Source: Bugula neritina
Lineage: Eukaryota; Animalia; Bryozoa
NCBI GenBank assembly: GCA_964035545.1
Contig: OZ037767.1
Location: forward strand, 20,166,628-20,230,627
DNA: 64,000 nucleotides
Direction of reading: 5' to 3'
The translations under genes were made by a program, and so were the position numbers. The notes under the pieces were generated by a model that ran no database searches, was not told where the DNA came from, and worked only from the letters and a program-made list of their open reading frames with translations. Shown in pieces: positions 38,901 to 64,000 of the stretch (position 1 is the first letter of the stretch; each line of letters opens with the position of its first letter).

Positions 38901-41900
38901 CCTCAACACGTGACTAAATGCTCATCATGTTGTGTGAATGGGACATAGTATTATATAAGCATTAGCTAGTTCTTAGCTCTGAGGTTAGTTCTGTCAACCA
39001 GGTATATTGTTACATAGTGACCTTCATGTATCACCAGGTATTGTTACATTGAAGGTTTGTCTGTGTAATCTATGTTGAAATATTCAACCATGGTTATTGC
39101 TGGTTTACAGGTTCCACCTTTCAACTAAAAGGAACAATTCTGGAGTTGTGTTTCCTAAACTACAGAGGTGTTCTTGTACCTGTGGAGGCAGAAATGTGGG
39201 GAAACAGCAAAGAGTCAAGTGGAGATAAACGAGGCAAAAGTGAGCTATACTACACTGCAATTATACTACACAGTATATACACAGGATATACTGTATATTA
39301 TATACTGTATATATTATACAGTGTATAATATATACAGTATGTTATATATGGTATAGTATACACTACATAATATATACAGTATGTAATATACCATATATTA
39401 TATACTGTATATTATATAATATATACATTATATTATATACGGTATATAACATGTTGCATGTTATATACTGTATAATATGCAGTGTATAATATGCAGTGTA
39501 TAATATACTGTATATGATATACAGTATATTATACACTGCATATTACATATACTGCATTTATGCTGCATACACCTGGTTTATTAGTCACTACACTTTAGAT
39601 CCATCTTATGCCCCACTGAAACATTAGGAACTAGTAAATGTGAAAGTTGAGTGTTGAAACTTTAGGGTGAGAATGAGGATCTCCTCTTTATATATAACAA
39701 TATTTATGGCTGTTGCATCATCTACAGTCATGTTACATCATCCTTCTGTACATCAGACCTATATGATGAAATCACTATTACCATTATAGCTAAAGTCTGG
39801 TTGAATCACCACTAATCTCAAACTTTTGGAATTTATAATCTTTTATGACTAGATAAACACATGTTATGTATGAGGAAGTACATCTTAGTTGACTACTAGA
39901 CTAGTTCATAATGCTTGCTGTGTAATAACTTACAGTTCAATGTATATTAACTTGAGTAATAACTTACAGTATATTATGTGATAACTTACAGTGTATTAAG
40001 TATTAACTTACAGTGTATTATGTAAAGACTTACAGTATATCAAGTAATAACTTACAGTATATTATATAATAACTTACAGTATATTATATAATAACTTACA
40101 GTATACTATATAATAACTTACAGTATACTATGTAACAACAGGACTGGTAAGCAGGGTCAGCAGGCTATCAATGAGCTGCAGTGAAACTACGAATGAGAAA
40201 TCTGCTGCCTCAACAGAGCACCAACATATTGCCGTCATGGTGTCTGACAGCGAGATGCGCTCCATAGCACTTCCTGCCCAGACAGTGCTACACAAAGAGA
40301 AGTTTCAGGAAGGAATGTTTGTGGTGAAAGCTACTGCCATCATCATGAAAGGTAGAAGTGTTATATGTCTGTTTGTGTAGTTCATGTGAATATATATTCT
40401 ATTAGTAAACATCATGTATAAACTTATAGTATAGCTACGTAATATATGTATATGCAAGGGCAGTTCTCATTGGGAAGTTGTGTGTGTGTGTCATAACACC
40501 ATGTAAGCTTAAAAGTGATCACAAATTTTATATTGTATTGTGTATTGTGTTGTTAATTTAAAGCTGGCATCTTAGTTGCAAAATTAAGTAGTTTATTTAA
40601 ATATTAAAAATATCAGTAAATGATGTTGACATGGCTACTAGTAGCGTGGCTTCCTGACCTGAATAATCCATAAAACATTATGCAATACTGTCTAGTGAGT
40701 ACAAAAATGGCATATATAAACAGGTTAGCATAAACATAGATTATGTAACAAGAAATGAGTGAATTTCAGTAACTGATTATCTGTTTTCCAAGTAAAATAT
40801 TTATGATGCACAACTTCATGAGTAGTATGGGAGAGTTTATAGCTTTAAAAATAATCAAAGTTCCAATCAACATCCTCCCAAGTATTTAGTTCTTCTGTTT
40901 CGCTAGCAGCACCAGAGGGTTGAGCAATGCTGTTGGCCTTCTCAAGCCGGCGCAGTGTGGTCTGAGTTTGACTTTTAAACTCGTAGGAATCTCTCTTGGC
41001 TATCAGAGCCTCATTGCTCCATCCTAGGTTGAGCAGTGGCTGGAGGTATTTTACTATCACTATTTCAGGCATATTGCATAGCTGCGAAGCCATTAGTCCA
41101 TCCTTGTTGTGTTTGGCAAGAAAGGCTTTCCTTTCTCCTGGTTTAAGGTACTGCAGGACAGCTTCAACGAGCTTTGGTCTATAGAGTAGGGCAGCCAAGT
41201 GGAGCACAGTGTTGCCATTGTGGTCTGCGTGGCGTATCATCAGGTTCACATTGACCACCCGCATGCTCTTGAAGAACTTCAGCACAGACACAGTTAGGAA
41301 ATCCCCCATCATCCTTATACAGGACAAGTGAATGATTGTCCAGCCGAATCGATTTCGGGCTGTCATTAATGGAAATATCATGCCACGAGGTACCCATTTC
41401 TCGCTCATCAAACTGTTAACAACATCAATATTTCCTTCAACAAAGGCGATAAGAATTGGAGTATTGTCCTGTTCATCCTTTGAGAGTATCAGTTGCTGGC
41501 AGTCGTTGCTGTCAAAGCTAGTGAGAATATCTTTGAATGTGAGGTCTGCCTGCCCTGCAGCTAGATGGAGTGGTGTCGACCCACCAACTTCAGACTTTGT
41601 GAGGAAGAAGCTGACTCTGTTATAGTATGGCAGATATTTGAAGAAGGTTTGTAGGACGGGAGAGTTGTTGGAGTGTGCTGCCGCGTGTATAGCCGTGCGG
41701 CCTTGCCTGGCATCTCTTGACATGATATATTTGCTCACCTTATCGGCTTCAACTCTTGATAACAGGTTGTCACATAGACCTTTAATATGCTTAGTTTGGT
41801 TTCTGAGAGCAGCCAAATAGTAGATGGGTAGGGCGTATTGCTCGTCAACCTTTCTCCTCCACAACAACTCTTTTTCCAATTTTATGGATTTGGCCAAATC

Positions 41901-44900
41901 AAGCAGCCAAGAGAGGTTCTGGGTTGCGTAAGGCATGGTTTCCTCGGTAAGCTCACCATTGCTCACCAAGCTGTGTAGCAGCGTAGCTTTACACTCTGAA
42001 AGTTTGGGAGGGAAAAGAAATTCTTCAATTTTGTTTTGGCGTACAACCATTGGATAGAGCTGTTTGAAAATTTTGTGAGTATTAGAGTTGACTTGCTCCA
42101 TCAGTTCGTGACCTACTGTTGAGTTGCTGTGATTCATGACAGAGATACCTTGCCACCGCGTCTTGTCATCATGGAGCTGCTTCAGCAGCAAACAGAAGAT
42201 GTCGCTGGAGCTGTATCTAGCTGCCAAGTGTAAGCAGTTGTCTCCTCTTTGGTTAGTTTTCAGTATTAGCTCAGGACGGTCACTCCGCTTGAAGTTTGCT
42301 AAAAGACTTTGTACAAATGATAGTTTGTTGGCAAGGCAAGCATAATGGAGAGCAGTGTTGCCGGCCTCATTTCTTGAGTTTGTCACATCTTGCTTAGTTT
42401 TTAAATTCATAAAAATTCTAAATTCTCGAAAAACATTTTCACATTCATTTTGTATAGCCAATTGCAGAAAAGTAGCACCATTTCTAGTTGCAAGTCTTTC
42501 TGTTAATATTTGCTTACGTCTATCAGGCTTCATCTCTTCCAAGAAATGTTTTATCAATTGAAAGTTTCCATCTTCTATAGCTGAGAGTAGGATAGCCGAG
42601 TCACTGTCATTCATATCTTCAGAGAGAGGGAGGTCTATCTTGGCCACACATTCCTCAACATTGTCGGCTATTCTCTTTGGTTCGCGAAGTTGTTGGATGT
42701 AGTTCAGCCTTTTTAATGTTAAATGTCTTTCTCTCCGTATTCCTTTCTCTACTTGACTAGCATAAAGTTCAAACTCGTCATTGTGCAACACTGAGCTTAA
42801 GCACCTTCTGTTTGGGGGAGCGATTGTTGTACAGGTAGTTTGCTGTGTATCTTCAAACATGTGTATGGTTGATTCCACTACACTCTTGGGCTTAATTCTG
42901 TCCATAGTTGAGATGGAATGTGGCAACTTTCAGCTGCATATGGTCACCAATGCTAAAATAAATAACAAAATTGCTTGTCACTCACATTTCCAATACCTTG
43001 AGTTATGTTTCTAGCTTGGACTTACACAATTTGGAGCAAGTGGGAATTAAAACATGCATGGCATAGGAATTGTAGTTATATTAATCTAAAGCCGCCACAC
43101 TTATATAAACCATTGATGTTGATAGCTCTAACCTACTACTTTATAATCATGTGACATAGCTTCTAATAACTAACTGATTTCACTTTGATTAAGTTTTAGT
43201 TTGAGTTTAAGTTAAATCTAGCTGTGTTGTAAATGTACTTTCAACTAAAATTGAAAGCATGTACTACAGGAATGGGTCTCAGCGTGTAGTTATAGTAATG
43301 AATTTATAATAAATATTACTAATCTAACTCTGATGTCATAACCACACTGATATTCAAATCTAGTAATACTGAATCCTTGGTTGAATAAACATAATTACTT
43401 ATATTATCATTAGGGTATTCATATTGATAAAGATAACCATTGTGAATCAATCACCATCAATGAAAGTAGTGTTCACAGTGAATAGTTATGATCATAGACA
43501 GAAGTCGGTGCTGACATTTATTTGTAATAAGTTGATTTGCTTCACTAAATCACTGGGGTGGTAGATTGGCTTTCACGTTCAGATTTGCATACTCATAGTC
43601 TTGTAAGTTATAACAAATTAAAATAGTAATACTAAATCTGATACTAATACTAATAGTAATGGTTATAGTTGAACTTAATGTTATACTTACGACTTAATTG
43701 CATGAATTTTTTACATCAACTTCATCTACTGGTAGTGGTACTACTAGTACTTATACTTATAGTATAACTGAGTTTTACTAATAGTTCTGATTCTTACGTT
43801 TAGTTTAGTTTTGCTATAAATCAAAATGTTTAACTATAACTCAAACTGTAAGTGTTCATAACAATAATAACTTAGTGATAGATTCTAAGGGCAAGTCTTG
43901 TAATTGTAGTAATATTAATTATAATACTAATAGTAATAGTAATACTAATAGTAATACTAATACTAATAGTAATAGCAATAGCCAATACTGATAGTGATAC
44001 TGATAATGATACTCACAGTCACTTCCTATTTTCTTACACTAACACTAACAGTGTAACTCATGCTGATGCTGGTGTAACACTAACTCTGACAACGGTCTAT
44101 TAGTTTCATTCTTTTATGAAATATTTTGTCCTGTTCGTATTACTGGTTACTGACGTTACTCATCTCCAAACAATGTTCAAAGGTCTAATGTGATTACAAC
44201 AGTGACAACAGAGTGTCAACGTATCTTATATCTATGTTGTAATGTGGGATTGTCCCAAAATTGCTTGCGAAGTTTCGCGTTGACGTCTCCGCGCCTCGCT
44301 AGACGTGTCTTCTGTTGATTAGATGTAGTATGAGTGACAGCTCAATGGACCGTTATCATAAGGGGATGTTATCACTTTGAAACCCTGTGCTTATTGAAGC
44401 GTAAAGGTACGTGTAGCTGAAGATGGCGCCTTAGATCTATGTGACATTCACGCGCTAACTTGGCCTCTAGTCAAATTATGATGTTTTAACTTGAAAGTTT
44501 GACAAGCACACCCTTAATTCTCAAGTATTTATTACAAATCAAATTAAAAGAATAACATAGGATTAATAACAAAAAAACCTGTTAACTGCATAAAACCATA
44601 TTTAGCTTCAGATACTGTTGTTTATGTAATGAGTATCACTGGCACGATTTACCTGCAATCCAATATCATTTGAAGGAACGTTGATCTTATTCTATTCACT
44701 TTATAAATTGTGTGCAACTGTGCAAAACATCGGGTCATATGCAGTACGCATGCACGTTGTGTAACATTCATGTTAATTTCCAGTCTTGCAAGCTTCCAAT
44801 TATTAACTGCTACTGTAATAACACTGAATAACTTGTAAGTCGTAATAGGGATCGAGAATCCTTTCAATGTCCTCTGTAGTAATTTGCATAATATATAATG

Positions 44901-47387
44901 AAGATTTGTGCTTTACTTTGCGGTTAAATGTATTTTGGTGTTTGGAAAGGCAGATGAACAAGATTTATTTCATCTGTTGACAAATATTATATAGAATTAC
45001 TCTTTACAGAGTCGGATAGCATCCAAAAGTTGTTAGTTCACAGTAAACCAAACTACAGCTAAGCTAGCTCTGCTATTAATTTTCAAAAAATATTCTAGCA
45101 TTTAGAAACATGTGTGGGAAGGAATACATTACATTCCTTGAGACTTGAGTTCTGGCTTTGAAATACTTGAAATATAAACATTGAGACTGTTTATATAACA
45201 TTGGGTCATATCCAGCATCTAACATATCACAGTATCTCTATTTTCAGCCAACAATCAAAGCAATAAAACATGATTCATCATTGACATACCTTTATAACAT
45301 TAAGACAATACATGGACTCTAAACCACTGCTATCTTGAACCTTATCTCCTTGCTTGAAGGAAACCATGTCTTGTGCTTCAAGATTTGGAGTTGTTTCACC
45401 TTTGCTATACTTCATCTCTGTCCAACACTTGGCACTACAGAAAATCATGTCAAACTGACACTGTTGGCTTATCAATTCATAGTTGCAATAGCATTTGTAA
45501 CATTGCATACACCTGTTTTTACTTAGGTTTTCAAATTTTGAAAATAGTTTATTAACTTACTATGAATGTTAGGCAGTTTGCAGAGCTGAGTTGAAAATCA
45601 CATCAAATCAATGCTGTTCAAGTCAAGTCAATCATTTATTTGCGTCTACTTGAGTCAGTTTAAATTGGCTAAATTACATAAGATTCTTAAAACTCAAATT
45701 GGTAAATAATTTAAAATTAAAAAAAAAACATTGTAGGCTGATGTCTATTTATCTTAATTTACTAATTTTTAGCAATATTTGATAAATAATAATATATAGT
45801 TAAAAGTCACTATAACAATAATGCTTGAACCCCATTATGCTAGCCATCGAATCTCTCAAATACTTAGAGATTATGATGTAACAAATATGTCTAAAATATT
45901 GCTATTCAGATCAAGTGCTAAAGACATAAAGAGATACTATTGGGAAATGTCTAATATTTTCTAATTATGTTATATTTTGCAGTAGTTATAATACAAAGGA
46001 CTAAAAATTCTGACAACATAAAAGTGAGAAATAACTACTATAAGTTGCTGGCTATTGGTGTATATTCAGAGTTGTGTTTCCTCGGTATTAGTTGTGTAGT
46101 ATAGCCACATCCTGTTCCTATTACAGAGAGTGCATGTTTGACTTGCCTGGGTAGCAATGGTAACCTGATGGTGTATAGCCTGCCTTCTCTAAGACCTCTA
46201 CTCAACGTCAACTACTTTAGTGATGTTGATATCCGAGTGGTGAGGACCCTAGACTTTAGCAATCACGGCCATGCTATGTACATGTGTACACCGACAGAAA
46301 TACAGAAGATTACTTTGTCAGCAGACATGTGGTAGGCTGCCTCTAAATATATGCTAACTCAACTGTGTTTTACTACATGATATCCAAATATTATATTATT
46401 ATGATTAATATATCTATTATTATGATAATGATATAAAAATAGATGTAATAATATGCAATATATATATATAGTATAGTATACATGGATATTTAAATAGTGT
46501 GTATTTATCCCCACAGCCGAGCACAAGCCGACACACAATGTGAGCCGTTCCTTCCTAAGGAAAACCCGGAGATGCCAAAACAAAACTTTTTAAAAAGTTT
46601 ATTTGGATCTGGTCCTTCAGTATTAGATAGAGAAGAGTTGTGTGAGTAGAATGGCTGACTCATTATTAGTCGTAGTTGTAATAATCAATCTGTAGTGAAA
46701 ATCATGATGTATATTGTAACTATTTACATTGAAAAAAGTAAATATAATATTTAGCAAAATAAACATTGGATTTCAGGGAAATTTTTCCTCTTGAATTTAT
46801 AATTTTAAAGCTGTCAAATTTGGTAAACATCCATATAAACGTTTATCCTTTTTGGCAATTTTATTTGTCAAAAGAATTAAACTTTTTATTTGAAGTTGTC
46901 TGCTCACAATTTCTTAATATTTGTATTGGGTACAGTTGGTGCATCCGGCAAGGCTTCTCACGGAGTGGCTAAATTTGTTCCTGGTGCAGCTCTGCAAGCT
47001 GCTCAAGCGGGTGCCTCCGGTGTTGGCGCTGAGTTGGCCAGGACTAGGATGGCCCTAGATGAGCGAGGAGAAAAGCTGGGCCGGCTGGAAGACAGGTGAG
47101 TCACAATTCATTGACATCTCACTGTCAGCTCTCCTGGGACCATAGAACTAGCATTAACAAATCTCTGAAGTATTATATGCCGCAATCAACTGCTGATGAA
47201 ATGTAAATTAATGGGCAGCCAAACTTGTCACAAGGTTCTGGTGTTCTTTCGTAATTTTCTAAGTCATTCTTGGTGATGGTGCTTTCTTTTCAGGTCGGAG
47301 GCGATGAAAGATCGTGCTAAAGAATTCTCAGACAGAGCTGCAATGTTAGCAGACAGATATAAAAACCTAAAGTGGTATCAGTTTTGA
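17931..47387 (+). CDS. STXBP5: Tomosyn / syntaxin-binding protein 5 (WD40/Lgl-type propellers plus C-terminal R-SNARE motif), complete
   Basis: Exons 17931-18059, 20503-20600, 21757-21838, 22767-22867, 24611-24745, 24853-24916, 25223-25337, 25817-25985, 27105-27256, 27599-27671, 28250-28397, 28711-28819, 29143-29339, 29501-29653, 30957-31102, 31486-31693, 32799-33204, 35805-35939, 38241-38351, 39111-39239, 40142-40351, 46127-46331, 46517-46641, 46936-47095, 47294-47387. Motifs RHGFPFQPT, DLHESPVT, ITGHADGSIKFWD, FSRSRS, YSLPSLRPLL, LDREELFG, ALDERGEKLGRLEDRSEAM, and terminal KWYQF*. The exon structure of the 32-36 kb variable region is less certain. Confidence 0.95.
20601..21756 (+). other. 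U12-type (minor spliceosome) GT-AG intron of tomosyn
   Basis: 5' splice site GTATCCTTT at 20601; branch point TTCCTTGAC at 21733-21741 with the branch A 16 nt from the AG; flanking exons join in frame (DVRI|IGKPG). Confidence 0.9.
20860..21047. repeat. 19-bp minisatellite (ATAACATGTGACTGTGTAC)n
   Basis: Tandem copies inside the U12 intron. Confidence 0.9.
22000..22535. repeat. 34-bp minisatellite (GTTGTGAGTTGGTAGTTAGCATATACTAGATGTA)n
   Basis: About 15 tandem copies with no unique spacers. Confidence 0.95.
24093..24598. repeat. 27-bp minisatellite (ACACTGACAATGCTGTAGGTTTGTGGT)n abutting a tomosyn acceptor
   Basis: About 18 tandem copies ending about 12 nt before the exon at 24611. Confidence 0.95.
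26261..26495. repeat. 16-bp minisatellite (ATAGCCTGTGCTCTAC)n
   Basis: Tandem copies visible. Confidence 0.93.
27690..27960. repeat. Degenerate (AATAT/AATAC)n pentanucleotide repeat
   Basis: Direct reading. Confidence 0.88.
34420..34625. repeat. Degenerate ACTACTCACTAACTG-type tandem repeat
   Basis: Reiterated CTCACTAAC units. Confidence 0.85.
37223..37950. mobile_element. Degenerate inverted-repeat element (MITE relic) in a tomosyn intron
   Basis: 37223-37276 (...ttttaaaactggcagttctgaaatgggcaatttcaaaaatag) is the near reverse complement of 37898-37950. Confidence 0.55.
38128..38222. repeat. 16-bp tandem repeat (AGCATTTCATAGCGTC)n just upstream of a tomosyn acceptor
   Basis: About 6 copies. 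Confidence 0.88.
39920..40135. repeat. 22-bp minisatellite (TAATAACTTACAGTATATTATA)n abutting the acceptor at 40141
   Basis: Tandem copies visible. Confidence 0.9.
40845..42905 (-). CDS. Ankyrin-repeat protein (about 686 aa, single coding exon) nested antisense in tomosyn intron 40352-46126
   Basis: Uninterrupted 2-kb ORF with repeated GxTxLHxA motifs (GATFLQLA, GNTALHYA, GDNCLHLA, GRTAIHAA, GSTPLHLA, DNTPILIA, GWTIIHLS, GNTVLHLA). First ATG at 42905 with an in-frame stop shortly upstream; candidate acceptor (tatgcag) at 42934; minus-strand AATAAA at 40597-40592. Confidence 0.9.
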   Translation of the reverse strand: MDRIKPKSVVESTIHMFEDTQQTTCTTIAPPNRRCLSSVLHNDEFELYASQVEKGIRRERHLTLKRLNYIQQLREPKRIADNVEECVAKIDLPLSEDMNDSDSAILLSAIEDGNFQLIKHFLEEMKPDRRKQILTERLATRNGATFLQLAIQNECENVFREFRIFMNLKTKQDVTNSRNEAGNTALHYACLANKLSFVQSLLANFKRSDRPELILKTNQRGDNCLHLAARYSSSDIFCLLLKQLHDDKTRWQGISVMNHSNSTVGHELMEQVNSNTHKIFKQLYPMVVRQNKIEEFLFPPKLSECKATLLHSLVSNGELTEETMPYATQNLSWLLDLAKSIKLEKELLWRRKVDEQYALPIYYLAALRNQTKHIKGLCDNLLSRVEADKVSKYIMSRDARQGRTAIHAAAHSNNSPVLQTFFKYLPYYNRVSFFLTKSEVGGSTPLHLAAGQADLTFKDILTSFDSNDCQQLILSKDEQDNTPILIAFVEGNIDVVNSLMSEKWVPRGMIFPLMTARNRFGWTIIHLSCIRMMGDFLTVSVLKFFKSMRVVNVNLMIRHADHNGNTVLHLAALLYRPKLVEAVLQYLKPGERKAFLAKHNKDGLMASQLCNMPEIVIVKYLQPLLNLGWSNEALIAKRDSYEFKSQTQTTLRRLEKANSIAQPSGAASETEELNTWEDVDWNFDYF

Positions 47388-48314
47388 TTGGAGTAGTGGT
47401 ATTATTTCAATTTAATTTTGTTTTCATATTTATTTATTTATTGGAACTTCACAATATTTTTAGTTGACGATGCAATACATTCAACTAATCTATTCATTAG
47501 TAGAAAGAGATTATTAGTTAAATTATGTCATTTTTCACATCAATTTGGATGACATGCTTTAATAAGCAAAGTTTTTTGTGTGATTCATTTGTTTTAGCAT
47601 TCCTTTATAAAATAACACATTTCTAGTCATAAAAACAATATTGGTAAATCAATCAGTGAACTAATGCTTTGGCAAAGTTATTATGCACTTAAGATAAATA
47701 TAATTTTGAGATTGTTCTAGAAATATTGACAGGTATAATATAAAACGGTAAACATAATTTAGACTTCTATTTTAAATTAGCTAAGTTGTCATTTGCCCTA
47801 AATATGTGATTTAAAATTGTTCTAGCAAAATAATGTATATTTTATTAGTTCTATATTGTTGTAAATTTGTGATACAATGTTGTTTTGTTAACAATACAGA
47901 ACATTTATTTTCGTCGCAGTGTGTGTATATTCTATAAATTTATAGAGGTGTTAATTCAATTTGTTTTTATTAAATTAACACACTCACACCTAGCTGTGGT
48001 ACATGTATCAATCTAGTTTAGTCAGAAGAATTTTAATTTGTATATTTTGGTAGAATTGTTGTGACCATAGGTTAGCCTTGATTTTATTATATTTTTTAAT
48101 TTACACAACTTGTATTTTTAATTCTTATAACTTATTCTTGTATTTATAATACACATCAATATGATCCAATAAATGCATCATAATAATTTTATTAACAAAA
48201 CAGAACAATTTTTCATCCTATGGAGTTGTCTATTTTTAACAATTCAGATACAGGCTAGAAAATGACTAACAAGTAAAACTAAGTGTTAATTGGGCCTAGA
48301 CAGTAACAGCAGCT

Positions 48315-63726
<15,412 letters not shown>

Positions 63727-64000
63727 CTGATAACAAAGAGAACAAGTGCAGCACAATGATGTTAGTTGTCTATTAGCAGAACATCTACTCATGCAACCCT
63801 AGAGAAAAACTTAGTATAGAAATATTCTAAGGACCGAAAAGCAGATAAAATGGCGAATATTCTTACATATATACATAAAACCTGAGCCTGTGAGTAGAAA
63901 AGAGAACAGGATTACATCTTTCAGTACACAATTTAAACTTCATAAAATTCTCTTCAAAAACAAGTTGAACCACATTTTTTCAATCACATAAAACTTATAT

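Noticed and set aside
38352-39110. Second U12 intron (donor GTATCCCCC)
   Set aside because: It lacks the TT at +7/+8 and has no TCCTTRAC branch point near the acceptor; treated as U2-type.
40996-43014. Small plus-strand ORFs overlapping the ankyrin gene, and 12494-12992 ORFs overlapping enolase exon 1
   Set aside because: Shadow frames of real coding exons with no independent support.

Overview
AT-rich, intron-rich animal genomic DNA, probably an invertebrate; the species cannot be determined from this window. I reconstructed six protein-coding genes exon by exon from GT-AG boundaries and reading-phase continuity. (1) The 5' BAR-domain part of an ACAP/centaurin-beta ArfGAP gene (minus strand, runs off the left edge). 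(2) A complete enolase (plus). (3) A complete tomosyn/STXBP5 (plus), containing a clear U12-type minor-spliceosome intron. (4) A single-coding-exon ankyrin-repeat gene nested antisense in a tomosyn intron. (5) ZMPSTE24/STE24 CAAX prenyl protease (minus, first exon beyond the right edge). (6) An unrecognised 4-coding-exon, about 597-aa gene nested antisense in the 10-kb ZMPSTE24 intron. The introns carry many minisatellites, several of which reiterate splice donor, acceptor or branch-point motifs next to real exons, plus a tRNA-derived SINE and several non-autonomous DNA-transposon (MITE) copies. There is no CRISPR array, rRNA or credible tRNA gene. The most novel candidates are the two nested antisense genes and the splice-signal-reiterating tandem repeats. 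Family assignments rest on remembered protein motifs; no database search was run.
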